Below, in pieces: positions 51,931-64,000 of a DNA stretch of 64,000 nt. The stretch is from contig NW_026889758.1 of NCBI RefSeq assembly GCF_033153115.1, positions 38,874,001 to 38,938,000 of the forward strand, in the 5' to 3' direction. The DNA is from Saccostrea echinata (Eukaryota). Under the pieces are notes generated by a model. It was not told the DNA's origin. It made no database searches and was given only the letters and a program-made list of their open reading frames with translations. The position numbers and the translations under genes are program-made. How positions within the stretch are numbered: the first letter of the stretch is position 1; each line of letters opens with the position of its first letter.

Positions 51931-52988
51931 CCAGATTGGAACCATATATTTTTAGATTTCATACTAAATTTGAGATGCTTGAGTCGAAAACACTCATATT
52001 TTCATTAAAAAAATCAGTTGATTTTCATATAAACTTTAAGCAAAATACATGTATTTTAGACATGATTTTAGCATGGATAGAAGAGAGAAACGCCTATTCT
52101 GAGAAAGGAATAGGGATAAATTTGGCTGTAGGGTGAGATTTCCCCTGTGGGGGAAGACCTACTCTAGAGTACAAATTCCGTTGGAAAGCTGGCTATGGGC
52201 AGAAATCCTCCTCTCGACACTGATATTTGACACCTAAAAAATCCAAATTGAATACATTTTTTAATCATGCCCGAACTTTCTAAAGTAAACCAGGTTTATT
52301 GCTGTTGTCCTGGTCTGTCTGTCGTCTGTCACAATCTTCTTTCTCAATCTGCTCTTATATTATAGTAAGAGCAAAAGATATTTGGGAAAATATTTGTTAG
52401 TGTCGTGTAGAAAAGTCAATTTTCTTCGGGGGTGGGGGAGGCAACTGGGGGTTAAAAACGATGTGTATATCTACAATGAGCTGGTTCCCAGAAATCTTAC
52501 ATTTTACAAAGTAGCTAAACCATCTTTTGAAATATGAATAATGGTGTCCTGTGAATGCGTGATAAGGTTTTGGAATTTTATCCTGGAGGCTAGGTGGGTG
52601 TCGAAAACACCGGTTTTCCAGAACTGTTACATTTCAAGCGCCAGCCAATCCATCTTTTGGCATTTGATTGGTGGTGTCCCGTAGATATTCAATCAAGTTT
52701 TAAATTTTTCATTTTCATCCTGGCGGTCAATTGGGGTCAAAAAACGACCTGGTTCCCAGAACCCGTCTGTAAATCATGTTTAGGAATATGATTGGTATAC
52801 AAGTACAAACAGTTTGAATTCAGCAATAACCTTAGGCTTCTACTACAGAGAATAGTTCTCTAAATTTTATTCTAAATAGTATGAAAGCCTAAACTTTGCT
52901 ACTCTATTCTCTTCAGAGGCATCATTATTTTGAAATAAAAAGTTTTACACGTATTACTTATGCAAAATCTACAAAATCATGAAACATA

Positions 52989-55900
52989 TCAATCGTTGAA
53001 AAATGAAATGGATTCCAAAGATGGGTCGTTTTTCTTTAAAATGTCAAAAGCATTTTTAAAAACCGAGCATACAACCAGATTTAACTTGGAATCGTGTTTA
53101 TTTTGCTTTTCTTCTTGCTTTTCTTCGTCGGAGTCAGATCTAGCCTCATATCTACCAGCGGTAAGCACAGCTATGACTTCAAGCTTTCTATCCCTCGTAT
53201 TAAACGATTCTCGAAACACTATGGAACCAGAGTCTCCCGGTTCACCGAATTCTTCATCATTCATCCCCTTAACTGCAATAATACCGTCTACATTCCCGAT
53301 GATTTCTGAGGAAACAATTCTACCCTGTGTCCATTGTGAGGATGCACCTAACTTATGAACAATGTCGTCAATGAACTTCAAACTGTCTTCCTCAGGAGAC
53401 ACTTCAGCCTTTGTTGGTTTTCCCTTGTGATTTAGGAGTCCCTTACTAGAGAAGGCTTTTTCTACCTCTTTATTAACTCCAACAATTGCTAAATCGCTTT
53501 GAATTGTTTGAATTTCTCCCTTTCGATTTTGAAGGCATCTTCCTACAGGTATTCGCTCATTTGATTCATGTTCTATATATACCGTACTGTTCTCTATGCA
53601 TACATGTCTGCATGATAATGCAACCACGCGCTCCTGGTTCAGTATTGCTAGACAGCCAAGAGTCCCATAATTGTCCTCCAAAAGTGACTGATACAGCTTC
53701 GTTCCCTGAGCTTGATATCCGGCAAACGGTTTGACTTGCTCTTTTAAATTTTGTTCAGTTATTACAACAATTTTACAAAAATCTGTTGAAGTCACTGTTT
53801 CAAATGCATTTTTTATATCAGATTCGTAACTTTCATCCACAATCACTCGAAAATCTTCGAAATGGAAGCCATATTTGACAATATGTTTTTTAAACCTATA
53901 AGGATGATAAAAAATATAACTTACTACAGTGTATAGTTTTTTTTTTTTTTTTACGAAATAGCAAATCTTTCTATAAAATTTAAAATAAAAATTGTGTGCC
54001 ATAATTGTAACATCTTATTTTCAGAAAATAGGTTATGGGCAATAACATTCAATTTTGAAAGCTGGAAAAAAAAAACTTTATAAAGTTTATATATTGGTTT
54101 CAGGAGAAGGTTGCAAAGGTCTAAAAATCCTTTGCAAATACTTGTAATGTAGTATGTATCCTTCAAAGTATTGAGACTTATTGACTTTAAAAATACATCT
54201 GTTGAAGTACATGGAGAGAGAGAGAGAGAGACATCTCACCTTTCCAAGATGATATTAATTTCCCTTGGAATTTCTCTCGACTTCTGTCCAGCCTTTATCC
54301 CAGGAAACGAAGAGCATTTTTGAATACGTGTAATGATGGCGTCACTGTCTGCTAGAAAAAGTGAATTCAATTTTCGATAGTGAGATAGTGTAAGATAGTC
54401 TATAAGAGAAAGCTCTAATGCTGAAGTCAGATTATCCCATACTGCATCTGCCTCGTGGAATACAACCGAGAAACGGCCGTCTTCCTTAAGCCTTGAGTAA
54501 TCTTCGCTTGATTCGGACTCCGATGTTACGAACACACACCATTTAGAGCTCTTGATAATTTTTTCCTATAAAGATTTAAAAAAAAATATTTAAAATAATT
54601 TTCTCTTAAATTGTTAAGTGTTTAACTTTTCAATGTTTTCCCTTTTTGCCTTCGGCGTTGATTCAAAGAATTACGCAATTTAAGCCAATTGCTTGATCAC
54701 ACCATAAAAAAAATCAAAAGGAGAGAGAGAGAGAGTTTATTACTTAAATAACATTTGATATGTAGTTGGCTTCAAGCTCGTTGTTTAGGTAGGGCAATAT
54801 CAGTGTTATTGACAAAGAACCGTTTTTAAATACCTCTGCTAAACTTTGGCTTCTGTTTTCTGCTCCATGGAAACCAATAAAATAAATCAATATTGCATGG
54901 CTCAGTCCCTGGGACGCTGTAACAGAAAGCGATTTAAATATAGTCATAAAGCAAGCAACTAAAATTTCAACTTTTTATTTTGCAGAATTTCATTTTAAAT
55001 GATTGTGACAATAATATATTCGGGCTTCCAGTTCGTTGTCAAATTAGAAAATATTAGAACAAAAGAACTATTAAATAATTATTTTATCAGTCTTACATGG
55101 GAATTCATTTTCATCAAGTTTATTAGCAGTCAGTGGCTTTAGAAGTTCTAAGTTGTCTGTTGTAACCCTTCCAGCGACCAGAATTGTAGCATGCAGAGCT
55201 TCAGATAGATCAGGAGTTATAACTTCACTGTTCACTGATTCTTCATGGTTAATTAGTTTTTGGACCAGTTCAAAATGATATTCGAACCTTGGAAAATTAT
55301 CTGGTTTAAACTTCACACGGTAAACAGGATGTCCAGAAAACACTGCAGAAATAAAAAAAAAAAAATATTTTATTCTGATATTTCATATATAAATAGGACA
55401 TCACACCTTGTTCCACTTAGAAACTCTATTTTAAAATGCACATTATAAAATTTTCTGGATGGTCTGTAGCCTGTTTGTCAACGTGTAACTCTATTAAAGC
55501 TGAAAAGTTGAATCAATTTTTGTTTGTCAATGCTTCCTTAATTTCGTTATTATTTTCAGTTAATTTGTTAATGTTATAAAATTTATATAGGCATATATAT
55601 TTAAATTCTTTCCATGTGTGAGACCTAACATGTTTTATAACAGTATTGTTAGGCCATTGTTTTTATACTGTTTGACTACAGATTGCTCCGTCTGTCTGAT
55701 CAATACATAGGGCTCACAGCGGGTGTGACCGGTCGACAGGGGATGCTTACTCTTATTAGACACCTTAACCCACTTTTAGAGTTTCCAAGGGTCCGTGTTT
55801 CATGCCTTGTTTACGAATTTGTATTGTTTTAAAGACTTGAGAGATCGATCACTGTTCGTTATTTTCACCTTTTTTACCTCACAGTACTTACAGATAATAT

Positions 55901-57124
55901 GCTCCTCCTATATTTCGATGACTGTCTATTGTATAACGTAGTCTACTTACCTTCCGATTATCTATTGTATAACGTAGTCTATTTACCTTCCACTGTTTGT
56001 TCGCCTTCTTCCTTCCCTCTTTTTGAGCGACGATATTGCTTCAAAATGTTTAAAATTGAAGGATAAGCATTGTCGTTCTCAGCAACGTCTAACGCAAAAT
56101 CTACTGACGAGTCCTCACCTACTGCTAATTGTAATTCTCTGAAAATGTCTTTGGTCAAGCTTAGGTAGTCAATTTCTTCAATAGTATCTACCTCCTCCAA
56201 TTTTTTTCTCAGATGCTCAATGCCATCTCTAACTTTTTTCCCCAACTGCAAAAATCCAACTTTGTTTTGCAGTGATGATGCTCTTTCTAGGAAATTAAAC
56301 AGATCTGTGTGGTAATTTTTCAGCTTTTCTAATTGTTTCATAATATTACTACTACTTTTTTCAAATCTCTGTTTTTTATCCCGGAATCCTGTTCTCACTG
56401 CATCAAAATTTTTTTCCAATGTATTCAGACACTGTTCTTTTAAGGCCTCTATTTCCCTGTCTGTATCCATTAGCTGACATTCTTGTGTGTCCTTTAATTT
56501 TTGACAGGATTTTATTTTAGTGAAATCGATCTGATTTAAATCATCCATCAGTGACTGTAGTATATTTCTGAATTCATGATCTATTGGAAAAATCATGTTT
56601 CGACAATCCTTGTGAGAAATTTCAAGACATTTTGAGCAAACTGCTTCCCCACAAAGCCTACAAAAAGATTCAAGTTTCTGTTTATGCTTATCACAATACA
56701 AAGGAGCTCTAAATGCTATAGATAGATTGTTTGACCACTTATTCAGTGGTATAGGGCTTAATTCGTGACTACTGAAGATTTTCATGTGATCGTGACAACT
56801 TAAACATTTTCTACATATCAGTCCGCACTCCTTGCACATTTTCACTGCTATCTGATCATTGCCTTCTTTACACTGTTCACAGTTCACTTCTCCAAATTGT
56901 TCAAATTTCAATATCTCAATGATGCCTTCATTCAAAATGAAATCATCCAGTGCTTTTGGCATATCCGCTCTACAGTTTGGACACCTTTGGTTAATTTCTT
57001 CATTTTCAAGAATTTTTAACAAGCATTGGCTACATATACTTTTTGCACAACAAAGCAGAAAATGGGGCTTCCGTTCGAAGAGCTCAAAGTCCAGACCACA
57101 AACTAAACATGACTGTTCTTCCAT
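52989..57124 (-). CDS. TRIM (RING-Bbox1-Bbox2-coiled coil) protein fused to a Nal1-like trypsin-fold serine protease; exons 57124-55987, 55342-55097, 54916-54753 (or -54834), 54565-54240, 53895-52989; ~899-926 aa
   Basis: RING CLVC..CCAKSICSQC..CPNC; B-box1 CEQC..CKEC..CRKC..H..H; B-box2 CDKH..CRLC..CSKC..H; coiled coil. Protease motifs GTLGC, LSCRHV, SDLAIV, VHKLGASSQWTQG and GDSGS. Splice phases 1,1,0,2 all match with no stop. The exon 3 donor is uncertain. Confidence 0.8.
55620..55875 (+). mobile_element. 3' fragment of a Penelope-like element in intron 1 of the TRIM gene
   Basis: gggtgtgaccggtcgacaggggatgcttactc...gggtccgtgttt, the same 3' motif as 30530-30610, 59480-59550 and 60960-61030. 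Confidence 0.75.
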
Positions 57125-57247
57125 TTTATCGAAGAAGTGTGTATTTCTGAAATTGAAGAAAATGTTTTGACCAATTCTAGTATAGAACTATGATTTGAAT
57201 CAACATTTATCAAAAAGTTTGTTAGTCTGAATTGAATATTGGTTAAT

Positions 57248-57943
57248 TTAAGAAAGTCCAATCCCCAGGTTCTGAAAATCAGCTTTAAAGTAATTGAAAA
57301 TGCTCACAAAAATGTCTGATTTCACATAGTAACGTGAATTTACCCATGGAATTTCTTCAAAGTCATCATTTTAGTTTTAAATCATATTATGTAGGGAAAA
57401 TTATCAAATCTCAAATATATTTTCAGGAAATGCGAATGAAAACACCAGTTATGCATTTTCTAATTGAAAATTGATCAACTAAATTGATTTAGGATAGAAA
57501 AATATAGGTATCCGGGCATTTGGAGAAAATTGCATCTTTTTTTTTCTTTTTTTTTTTTGCTTGTACAGTATTTTAGTTCTTTTTATTCCAATTGTCATAT
57601 AATACATAGTGTAAAAAAGCTTGTGCTATCATTGCTAGACATCACATATCACATCTAATTTCATATCATGCTAATAAGCAGTGGTACCTAATGCTAGACT
57701 AAAGGAAATTCGATTTCTCTAAAAAATAAATTCATTTATTTTTTCTTTTATGGGGTACAAATGTCAACTTTTTACAAGACCGTTTCTAAGACTTCAAAGC
57801 ACTTTGAATCATATTAATTAAGAAGCATAAAATGGAAATTGTTGCACGAAAAGATCTCACTTTCAAGCTTCATTTTGAGACTTTTTGAATAAAATAATAA
57901 ATTTAAGAGTTATCCTTCCTGGCTGAGGATCGGATATCCTTAA
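57248..57943. mobile_element. Possible TTAA-bounded non-autonomous DNA element (superfamily unresolved)
   Basis: Imperfect inverted ends ttaagaaagtccaatccccag / ctgaggatcggatatccttaa. Confidence 0.35.
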
Positions 57944-59379
57944 CATATCTTACTAATTTCATCATTACACCAAGATCAAACATAACAAGTATTTTAAAAA
58001 GATTATTGCTTTGTTACATATGAAGGAGTCATCGCTACATGCAAAAGCCATACCTGTTTTTACTTGAGGACGTTTTACTACAGCTTTTCTCTGTTGGTCG
58101 TGTTATTCGGATTACAGTGTTGTTCGTTGACTGCCAGCAAGTTCTTCATCTTAAGCATAAATGCCCTCAGGTATTTTCTGCAAAGATCAGTCATGGAGAT
58201 ATGTAATTCCTTACATTAGTCATATCAAAGATTTTGTGCGAAGCATTATATAATCATCCATTAGAATCATTTAGTGTAACTGAAAATTACAAACAAAATT
58301 TTGTGCATCTGAATTAATGAGCAAGGATACAATGAACTTGATCTTTCTGCACTTAAATTTAAGTTTAATTTCACTCACTTTAAAATCAAACATATTTAAC
58401 CAGATGTGATTATTAAAATAAACTTATTTTATGCAAAATAATTCAAATACTAGTACTATTTCATTAATTTAATATTAACCTCTTGAATATTTTATAATGC
58501 GCGTAAATATTGTGTGACCCTTTTGCACTAATAAAAACATCATATTTTGGGTATTAAAAATCTTAACAGACAATAAAATATTTTCATAGATCATGCTATT
58601 CTTGAATTTATATTTGAGTCTCCCTGCATTTGCAGATTAATAATCCAATGCAAAGGATGTGACTTATTTACAAAATGTCTCGCAGAACATTAGCAATTAA
58701 ACTTTTTTTCCAATACATGTAATACACTAGGGACAGTAGAAAAAAATAGAGTCTTAAGTTTCAAAGGACAACAAAAATAAGAAATTAAACATGTTGCTAA
58801 AAACTGATTCACAATAAAGACACATACGACAAGTAAATGTTCTTATCTCCTACATAGAAGAGTTAAGTACATTGTAATTTTTTCGATTATTGAAATCAAC
58901 ACAGGAAATTTTTAATTGTAAAAAATAGAATTTTGAAAATGTTCCCAGAAAGAATATCAAAACTAAAGTGTCTCTAAACGTTTCAAAAATGATTTTGAAC
59001 AGTAAAGTTTATTTCCCAAATTTTCACCAATTGATGTAGCTTGGTCATGAAGTTTTTTGACGGAATAGATATTACTTCGTTAGTCATAGAAAAAGGTAGA
59101 AATAGTCATAAATTTTGGATGAGAAAAACTGTTATTTATCCGTTGTGATCCACTTTCAGTCAGGGTACACACACACCCTCACACACACCCACACACACTC
59201 CCTAGCTCACAAATGCAAGCACATTCCATATACATGCTCTAAAAAGGGAATTTATATTACACATGAAAACGACATTCCGCAATTTGAAAGGTAAAGTTTA
59301 GTCCAGTTCGCTTTTTTATGTATGGAGAAGGGGATTAATATACGTTTTTCATTATTGGCTGTATGAAAATAGCAATAAG

Positions 59380-60880
59380 AAAAAAGGGTGAAGATAACGA
59401 ACAGTAATCAATGAAATATGGAGATAACGAACACCAGCCAAGCTCAAAAGTCCATTAAAACAATACAAATCAGCAGAGCAAACACGGACCTCTAAAAACA
59501 TCAGATGTGGTATCAGGTGCCAAGGTGGAGTAAGCATTCCCTGTCAAACGATCGTGTGCTCCTTGTCATGATCTGGCAAAGTTCTAACGGAAAAATATGT
59601 CGACAATTCAGTGTGTAAATAATGGCCTTACAATTAGTATAAACATGTCTGTCAGCATTTGACTTAATGATAGATTGTATTTGATGACAAGGTCATTGTA
59701 TCGACTATAGAACTTGCCAAATATTGACTTTAAACGTGACTGTTGATATCCTTGTTTCCTCCGCTTGTTTGCCAATAGCTTGCCTCGTTTTAGAAATTGT
59801 TCATACATAGAGCATGCAATTGCATATCGAATCAACTGGGAGAATAAACTCAATATGCAGGCTATAAGGGTATATTGCTCAATAAATTAGGGAAGTTGAC
59901 AATAGAAAAATTTAAGTCATCACTTTTATCATAAACTTTTGTTCTTGGGTTACCATTACTGTCTTTTCTAGTAAAATATCTAAATATGAAACAGATGTGT
60001 AAGACTTTGTGGTATCTTTTATTTCAGGTTCACTTGGATATATCAAGTCAAGTCGACATATGAATGGAAGTAACTGTTGTTAATTGTTAATGCGTCGTCG
60101 ATATATCTAAATGTTGAAGGCCACGGCAAGTGTTTAATTATTCTCTTGTATTAGTTTTTGAATAAATTCTGATTCACATGAATACAAAAAAGTTACAAAA
60201 GGAACCCATGAGAATTCCGACAGATTGTTGGAAGACTTTAATTTCAAAAACTACAAAGACATTGTTATGAAAAACCCAAGAATCTATTCAATATCAACTT
60301 TGGAGTACGTGTGTGAACAATCAGAATGTTTTAAACAAAAAATTTTGCAAATGACCAATGACAAGGTAAGTAAATTTATAAGTTCCATTTTTATTGGAAA
60401 AAACTATCTGTCTATGATGTCAAAAACCTTTATATCATGGGGAATGTTTGGCAAGTGTTGAAAAATCATACGTTTTGATTTAGGGAAAATTTTGAAATTT
60501 CAAATTTATAAAACTTCCTTGGAATTTTTAGAATCCACATCTGAATAACATTATTTCGCGAATATATTGGTGTACAGTACTCATGAAGTTTTTCCTTTAC
60601 GGCTGTTAATATTTTAATTAGGAGCAAAGAAAGAGGCTTGATAGAAAATTTCCTGAAACCCGCTTTGTATCTTTGTAAGGATATTTATGTAGTTTAGGAA
60701 TCAATTATAAGTATGGTAATTCAAATTCAATTTGTTTTCGGGGATATTAAAAATTTTCAAAACTGAAATATGATTTTGAAGAATTTCCTCCCCAGAAAGG
60801 ATGTTATAGGTATAAGATGAATTGCCATTTCCAGAATTAAATCCTAGCTCCTTTGAAAAACGATTAAAATAATAAGGCTT
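59380..60880 (-). mobile_element. Penelope-like (Naiad-type) RT element, decayed
   Basis: SQLIRYAIACSMYEQFLKRGKLL..QQSRLKSIFGKFYSRYNDLV. Homologous to 63000-63840. Confidence 0.85.
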
Positions 60881-60929
60881 TATACAAACAAAGAAACAAA
60901 CAGTCTTAAAAATCTGGTGAACAATTCGA

Positions 60930-61720
60930 ATCATTAAAAGGACAAGAACACAAACTACTGGAAATTCCAGAGGTGGAATCAGGTGCCTAAGAGGAGTAAA
61001 CATCCCCTGTTGACCAGTCACACCCACCGTGATATGCATTGATTAGGTTGACGGACAAGCCAGTAGACAAATTTAATATAAAAACAATGACCTAACAAAT
61101 GGTATGAAACATTTCAGGCAAAATACGAAATGACCATTGTCAGAGGTTGCATTTAGAAAGTCATTATAATAACGACTATAGAATTTGCGTAAAGCTGATT
61201 ATAATCGGAGTTGATGAAATCATTATAACATTAATTTATTTGTCAGTAGTTTGCCTTGGTTTAAAAATTGATCGTATTCAGAGCATTCTCTTGCGTATCG
61301 AATCAGTTGGTTATGATGATGTTAAAATAATTTCATCCAGTTTAGTTACTAGTAGGTCCCAATTGTCTATAGTCAGTAAAGCATGCAAATATGAAACGGA
61401 TCTGACCTTCTCTGTAGTGTCTTTTATTTTGAGTTCACTGGGATATTTCGAGTCGACATCTGTATGAAGTAATCTGAAATTTCTCTTTGGCAGCAGTTAA
61501 TATTTTTGAAGCTTGGTTGAACATTTACTAGACTTAACTGCAATACATCTTTGTAAGAATTTATATGAAGTTTTGTAACACAGTGTTGGCACGGTAAATT
61601 AAATTCACTTCCATTGACTGGAATGCTTAACATGTTTAAACACTTCATCTTTCGGAAGGGAACTCTGGGTAAATGTTTGATTACCGGATGGTGAATTAAA
61701 CCAAGTTATAAATTATGAGC
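60930..61720 (-). mobile_element. Second, more divergent Penelope-like fragment
   Basis: 3' motif at 60960-61030, caactgattcgatacgcaagagaatgc (QLIRYAREC) on -, and tcgaaatatcccagtgaactc. Confidence 0.65.
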
Positions 61721-62602
61721 CTTACAAACAAAGACTACATTGTTTAATCAATCAAATCACTTTTGACCAAGGTCAGCAATATAATATTGTGTAAAATGTA
61801 TTGAATTTCTCAAAAACTATATGAAATTAAACTCTAAGATACATTTCTAATCTTAACAATGAATATCCTTATATGAGTTGCAAGACAGTGTCGACAAGTT
61901 CACCGAGTAAAACAAGATAAATAGTAACACAATCAAAACAGATGTTTCATTTCACCTGAATTCATTTCTTTTTTCAGCATTTGATATTTACCTATCATTA
62001 CTTTCCTGATATCCATAAATAGTCATCCATAAACAATATGATTTTAAGGGTAAATGATGAGGACACACCAGGATTCATTTAAAATGAAACATCCACGTCC
62101 ATGTTTACTTGAACAAGCACATTTTCAAAATGGCTGAGGCGGAAAATTTTTTTAATCTGAATTCTAATGACTCATTTGTAGTTATGGCAATTTGTTTTAA
62201 CAAAATCTTCATATTCTCTTTTTAAATGCGGTAATGCTAGTGTGGGATTCAAGTGATTTGGACTTGAAAATTCTGTATTTATATAGAAAGCGAAACATAC
62301 TTTGAGAATATCCCTATCTATTTATTCTTTTGGGCAATATTATGCAATGTGCGCATGCCTTCTGACTCCTAAGTTGAAACTACGAAAGCCTATTAAGATC
62401 AAATTGCTACAAAAAAAAATTGAAAGGCGTTATGCCATGGAGTGCAAAGTAGAAGGCGGAACAGTATGCCTTTCAAAAACGCAAGTGAACAGGCGCTGTT
62501 AATACAAAAAAGGCCATAATGCAAAACCATCTCATCATTTTGCGATTTCCATGTTGATTACTAAAGAATTAACAATGTGTGTCGGTTTGTTTAGCATGGT
62601 AC

Positions 62603-62960
62603 CTTTTTATACCCGCACTTTCAAAGAAAGTCAGGTATACTGTTGTTATTCTGGTCCGTCCGTCAGTCACATTATCTTCTTCCTCAACTCCTTTAACATT
62701 TTAAGGAATCAACTCGTCTTTTGGAATATGATTGATGGTGCCTTGAACATGTGCAAAAAGATTTTTGAAATTTCAATTTTTAACCTGGGGGCCAAATCTG
62801 GGTAAGACATCTTTTTGAAACAAAATCCTGGTTCCCTGATTTCCTCTTACATTTTTTTCGTCTAGTAGCCCATTCATATTTTGGAATATGATTGAGAATG
62901 TCCTGTAGATGTGTAGAAGGGTTTCAGAAATTCGGTATTTTTTAACCCTGGGGGTGGTGA
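62603..62960 (-). mobile_element. Helentron-type element fragment
   Basis: ttttatacccgcactttcaaagaaagtcaggtatac hairpin end, ccgtccgtc, then tandem units. Confidence 0.5.
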
Positions 62961-62999
62961 ACCTGGCTCTCAGGTAACTAAAGGAAAGTTCTCCAGTCA

Positions 63000-63840
63000 A
63001 TCTGCACAATCATAAACCCAGGACGAAGAGCAACAGAAAGTTTTTGTTATAAGAATTACATGTAACATGTTTATTAATTTACATTAAAAGTATTAAAAAA
63101 AATAGTAAATTTACTTACCTTGTCATTGGTCATTTGCAAAGTTATTTTGTGAAATAACATTCTGATTGTACACACAAGTACTCTGAAGTTGATATTTTAA
63201 AGATGCTTGAGTTGATTGACAATATTTATGTGGTTTTTGGAGACCAGGTCTTCCAACAATCTCTTGGAATTTCCATGGGTACCAATTGCGCCCCGTTGTT
63301 AGCAGATCTATTTTTGTATTCATATGAAGCAGAATTTATTCAAAATCATATACATGAGAAAAAGAAATCTCTTGTGACCTTCAAATCGACATTTAGATAT
63401 ATCGACAACATATTATCAATTAACAACAGTTATTTCCATTCATATGTCAACTCGATATATCCCAGTGAGCTTGAAATAGAAGATACCACAGACATATCTT
63501 TTTCATATTTGGATATTTTACTAGAAAAGGACGTTAATGGTAATCTAACAACAAAGATTTATAATAAACGTGATGACTTTAACTTTTCAATCGTCAACTT
63601 CCCTTACTAATGCAGCAGTACACCCTTATCACCTGCATATGAGGTGTATATCTCTCAGTTGATTCGATACGCAAGAGCAAGAGCATGCTCTTCGTATGAA
63701 CAATTTCTTAAACAAGGCAAGTAATTGACAAACAAGTTGATGAAACAAGAATATCAACAGTCTCGTTTAAAGTCATCATTTCGTAAGTTCTATGGTCGAT
63801 ATAATGACCTTGTCTGCAAATACAATCTATCATTAAGGTC
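63000..63840 (+). pseudogene. Penelope-like (Naiad-type) reverse transcriptase fragment
   Basis: GISMGTNCAPLLADLFLYSYE, FRYIDNILSINN and KIYNKRDDFNFSIVNFPY. Catalytic DD is mutated to DN and stops are present. Confidence 0.9.
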
Positions 63841-64000
63841 AAGATCTAGTAAATGACTTTAGACTAACTTTTTGGTGCTAGGTCCATTATGACGTCATAA
63901 TCAATTTCAACTTTCTTTTTCCCGTACTTTACGGCTCTAAGAGGATTATGTAGAAAATAAAGTATTTTCATGGAATTCAATTTGTAATCATGTTAAAAGT

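Noticed and set aside
53896-54002. N-terminus of the 337-aa ORF as a stand-alone protease start
   Set aside because: This stretch is low-complexity, intron-like sequence ending in a good acceptor at 53896 that is in phase with the upstream exon.
58054-58178. Additional upstream coding exon of the TRIM gene
   Set aside because: It has splice-like ends but stops in all three frames; at most a 5' UTR exon.

Overview
AT-rich, intron-containing, repeat-dense animal DNA; the repeat families resemble those of oysters/bivalves (inference). 199-10429 is an apparently intact AcademH DNA transposon: perfect 99-bp TIRs, 9-bp TSD, a 3-exon RecQ-like helicase on + and a convergent 7-exon ~1020-aa transposase on -. 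It sits inside a dead hAT transposase gene. 12-37 kb is a nest of TEs: Helentron-type non-autonomous elements, Meta-domain tRNA SINEs, mariners, a Ngaro/DIRS retrotransposon split by a hAT with 5-bp TSD, and Penelope-like (Naiad-type) RT fragments. Two concentric pairs of inverted ends enclose ~18 kb of it. Two host genes follow. (i) A six-exon three-Ig-domain gene (38763-43801, +) whose exon-5/intron-5 junction is amplified 45 times as a 44-bp minisatellite. (ii) A five-exon gene (52989-57124, -) that splices a RING/B-box/B-box/coiled-coil (TRIM) module through a possible TIR/SEFIR-like domain to an intracellular Nal1-like trypsin-fold serine protease with an intact H-D-S triad; this is the most unusual system in the window. 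All gene models were built by hand from splice signals and frame continuity, without transcript evidence.
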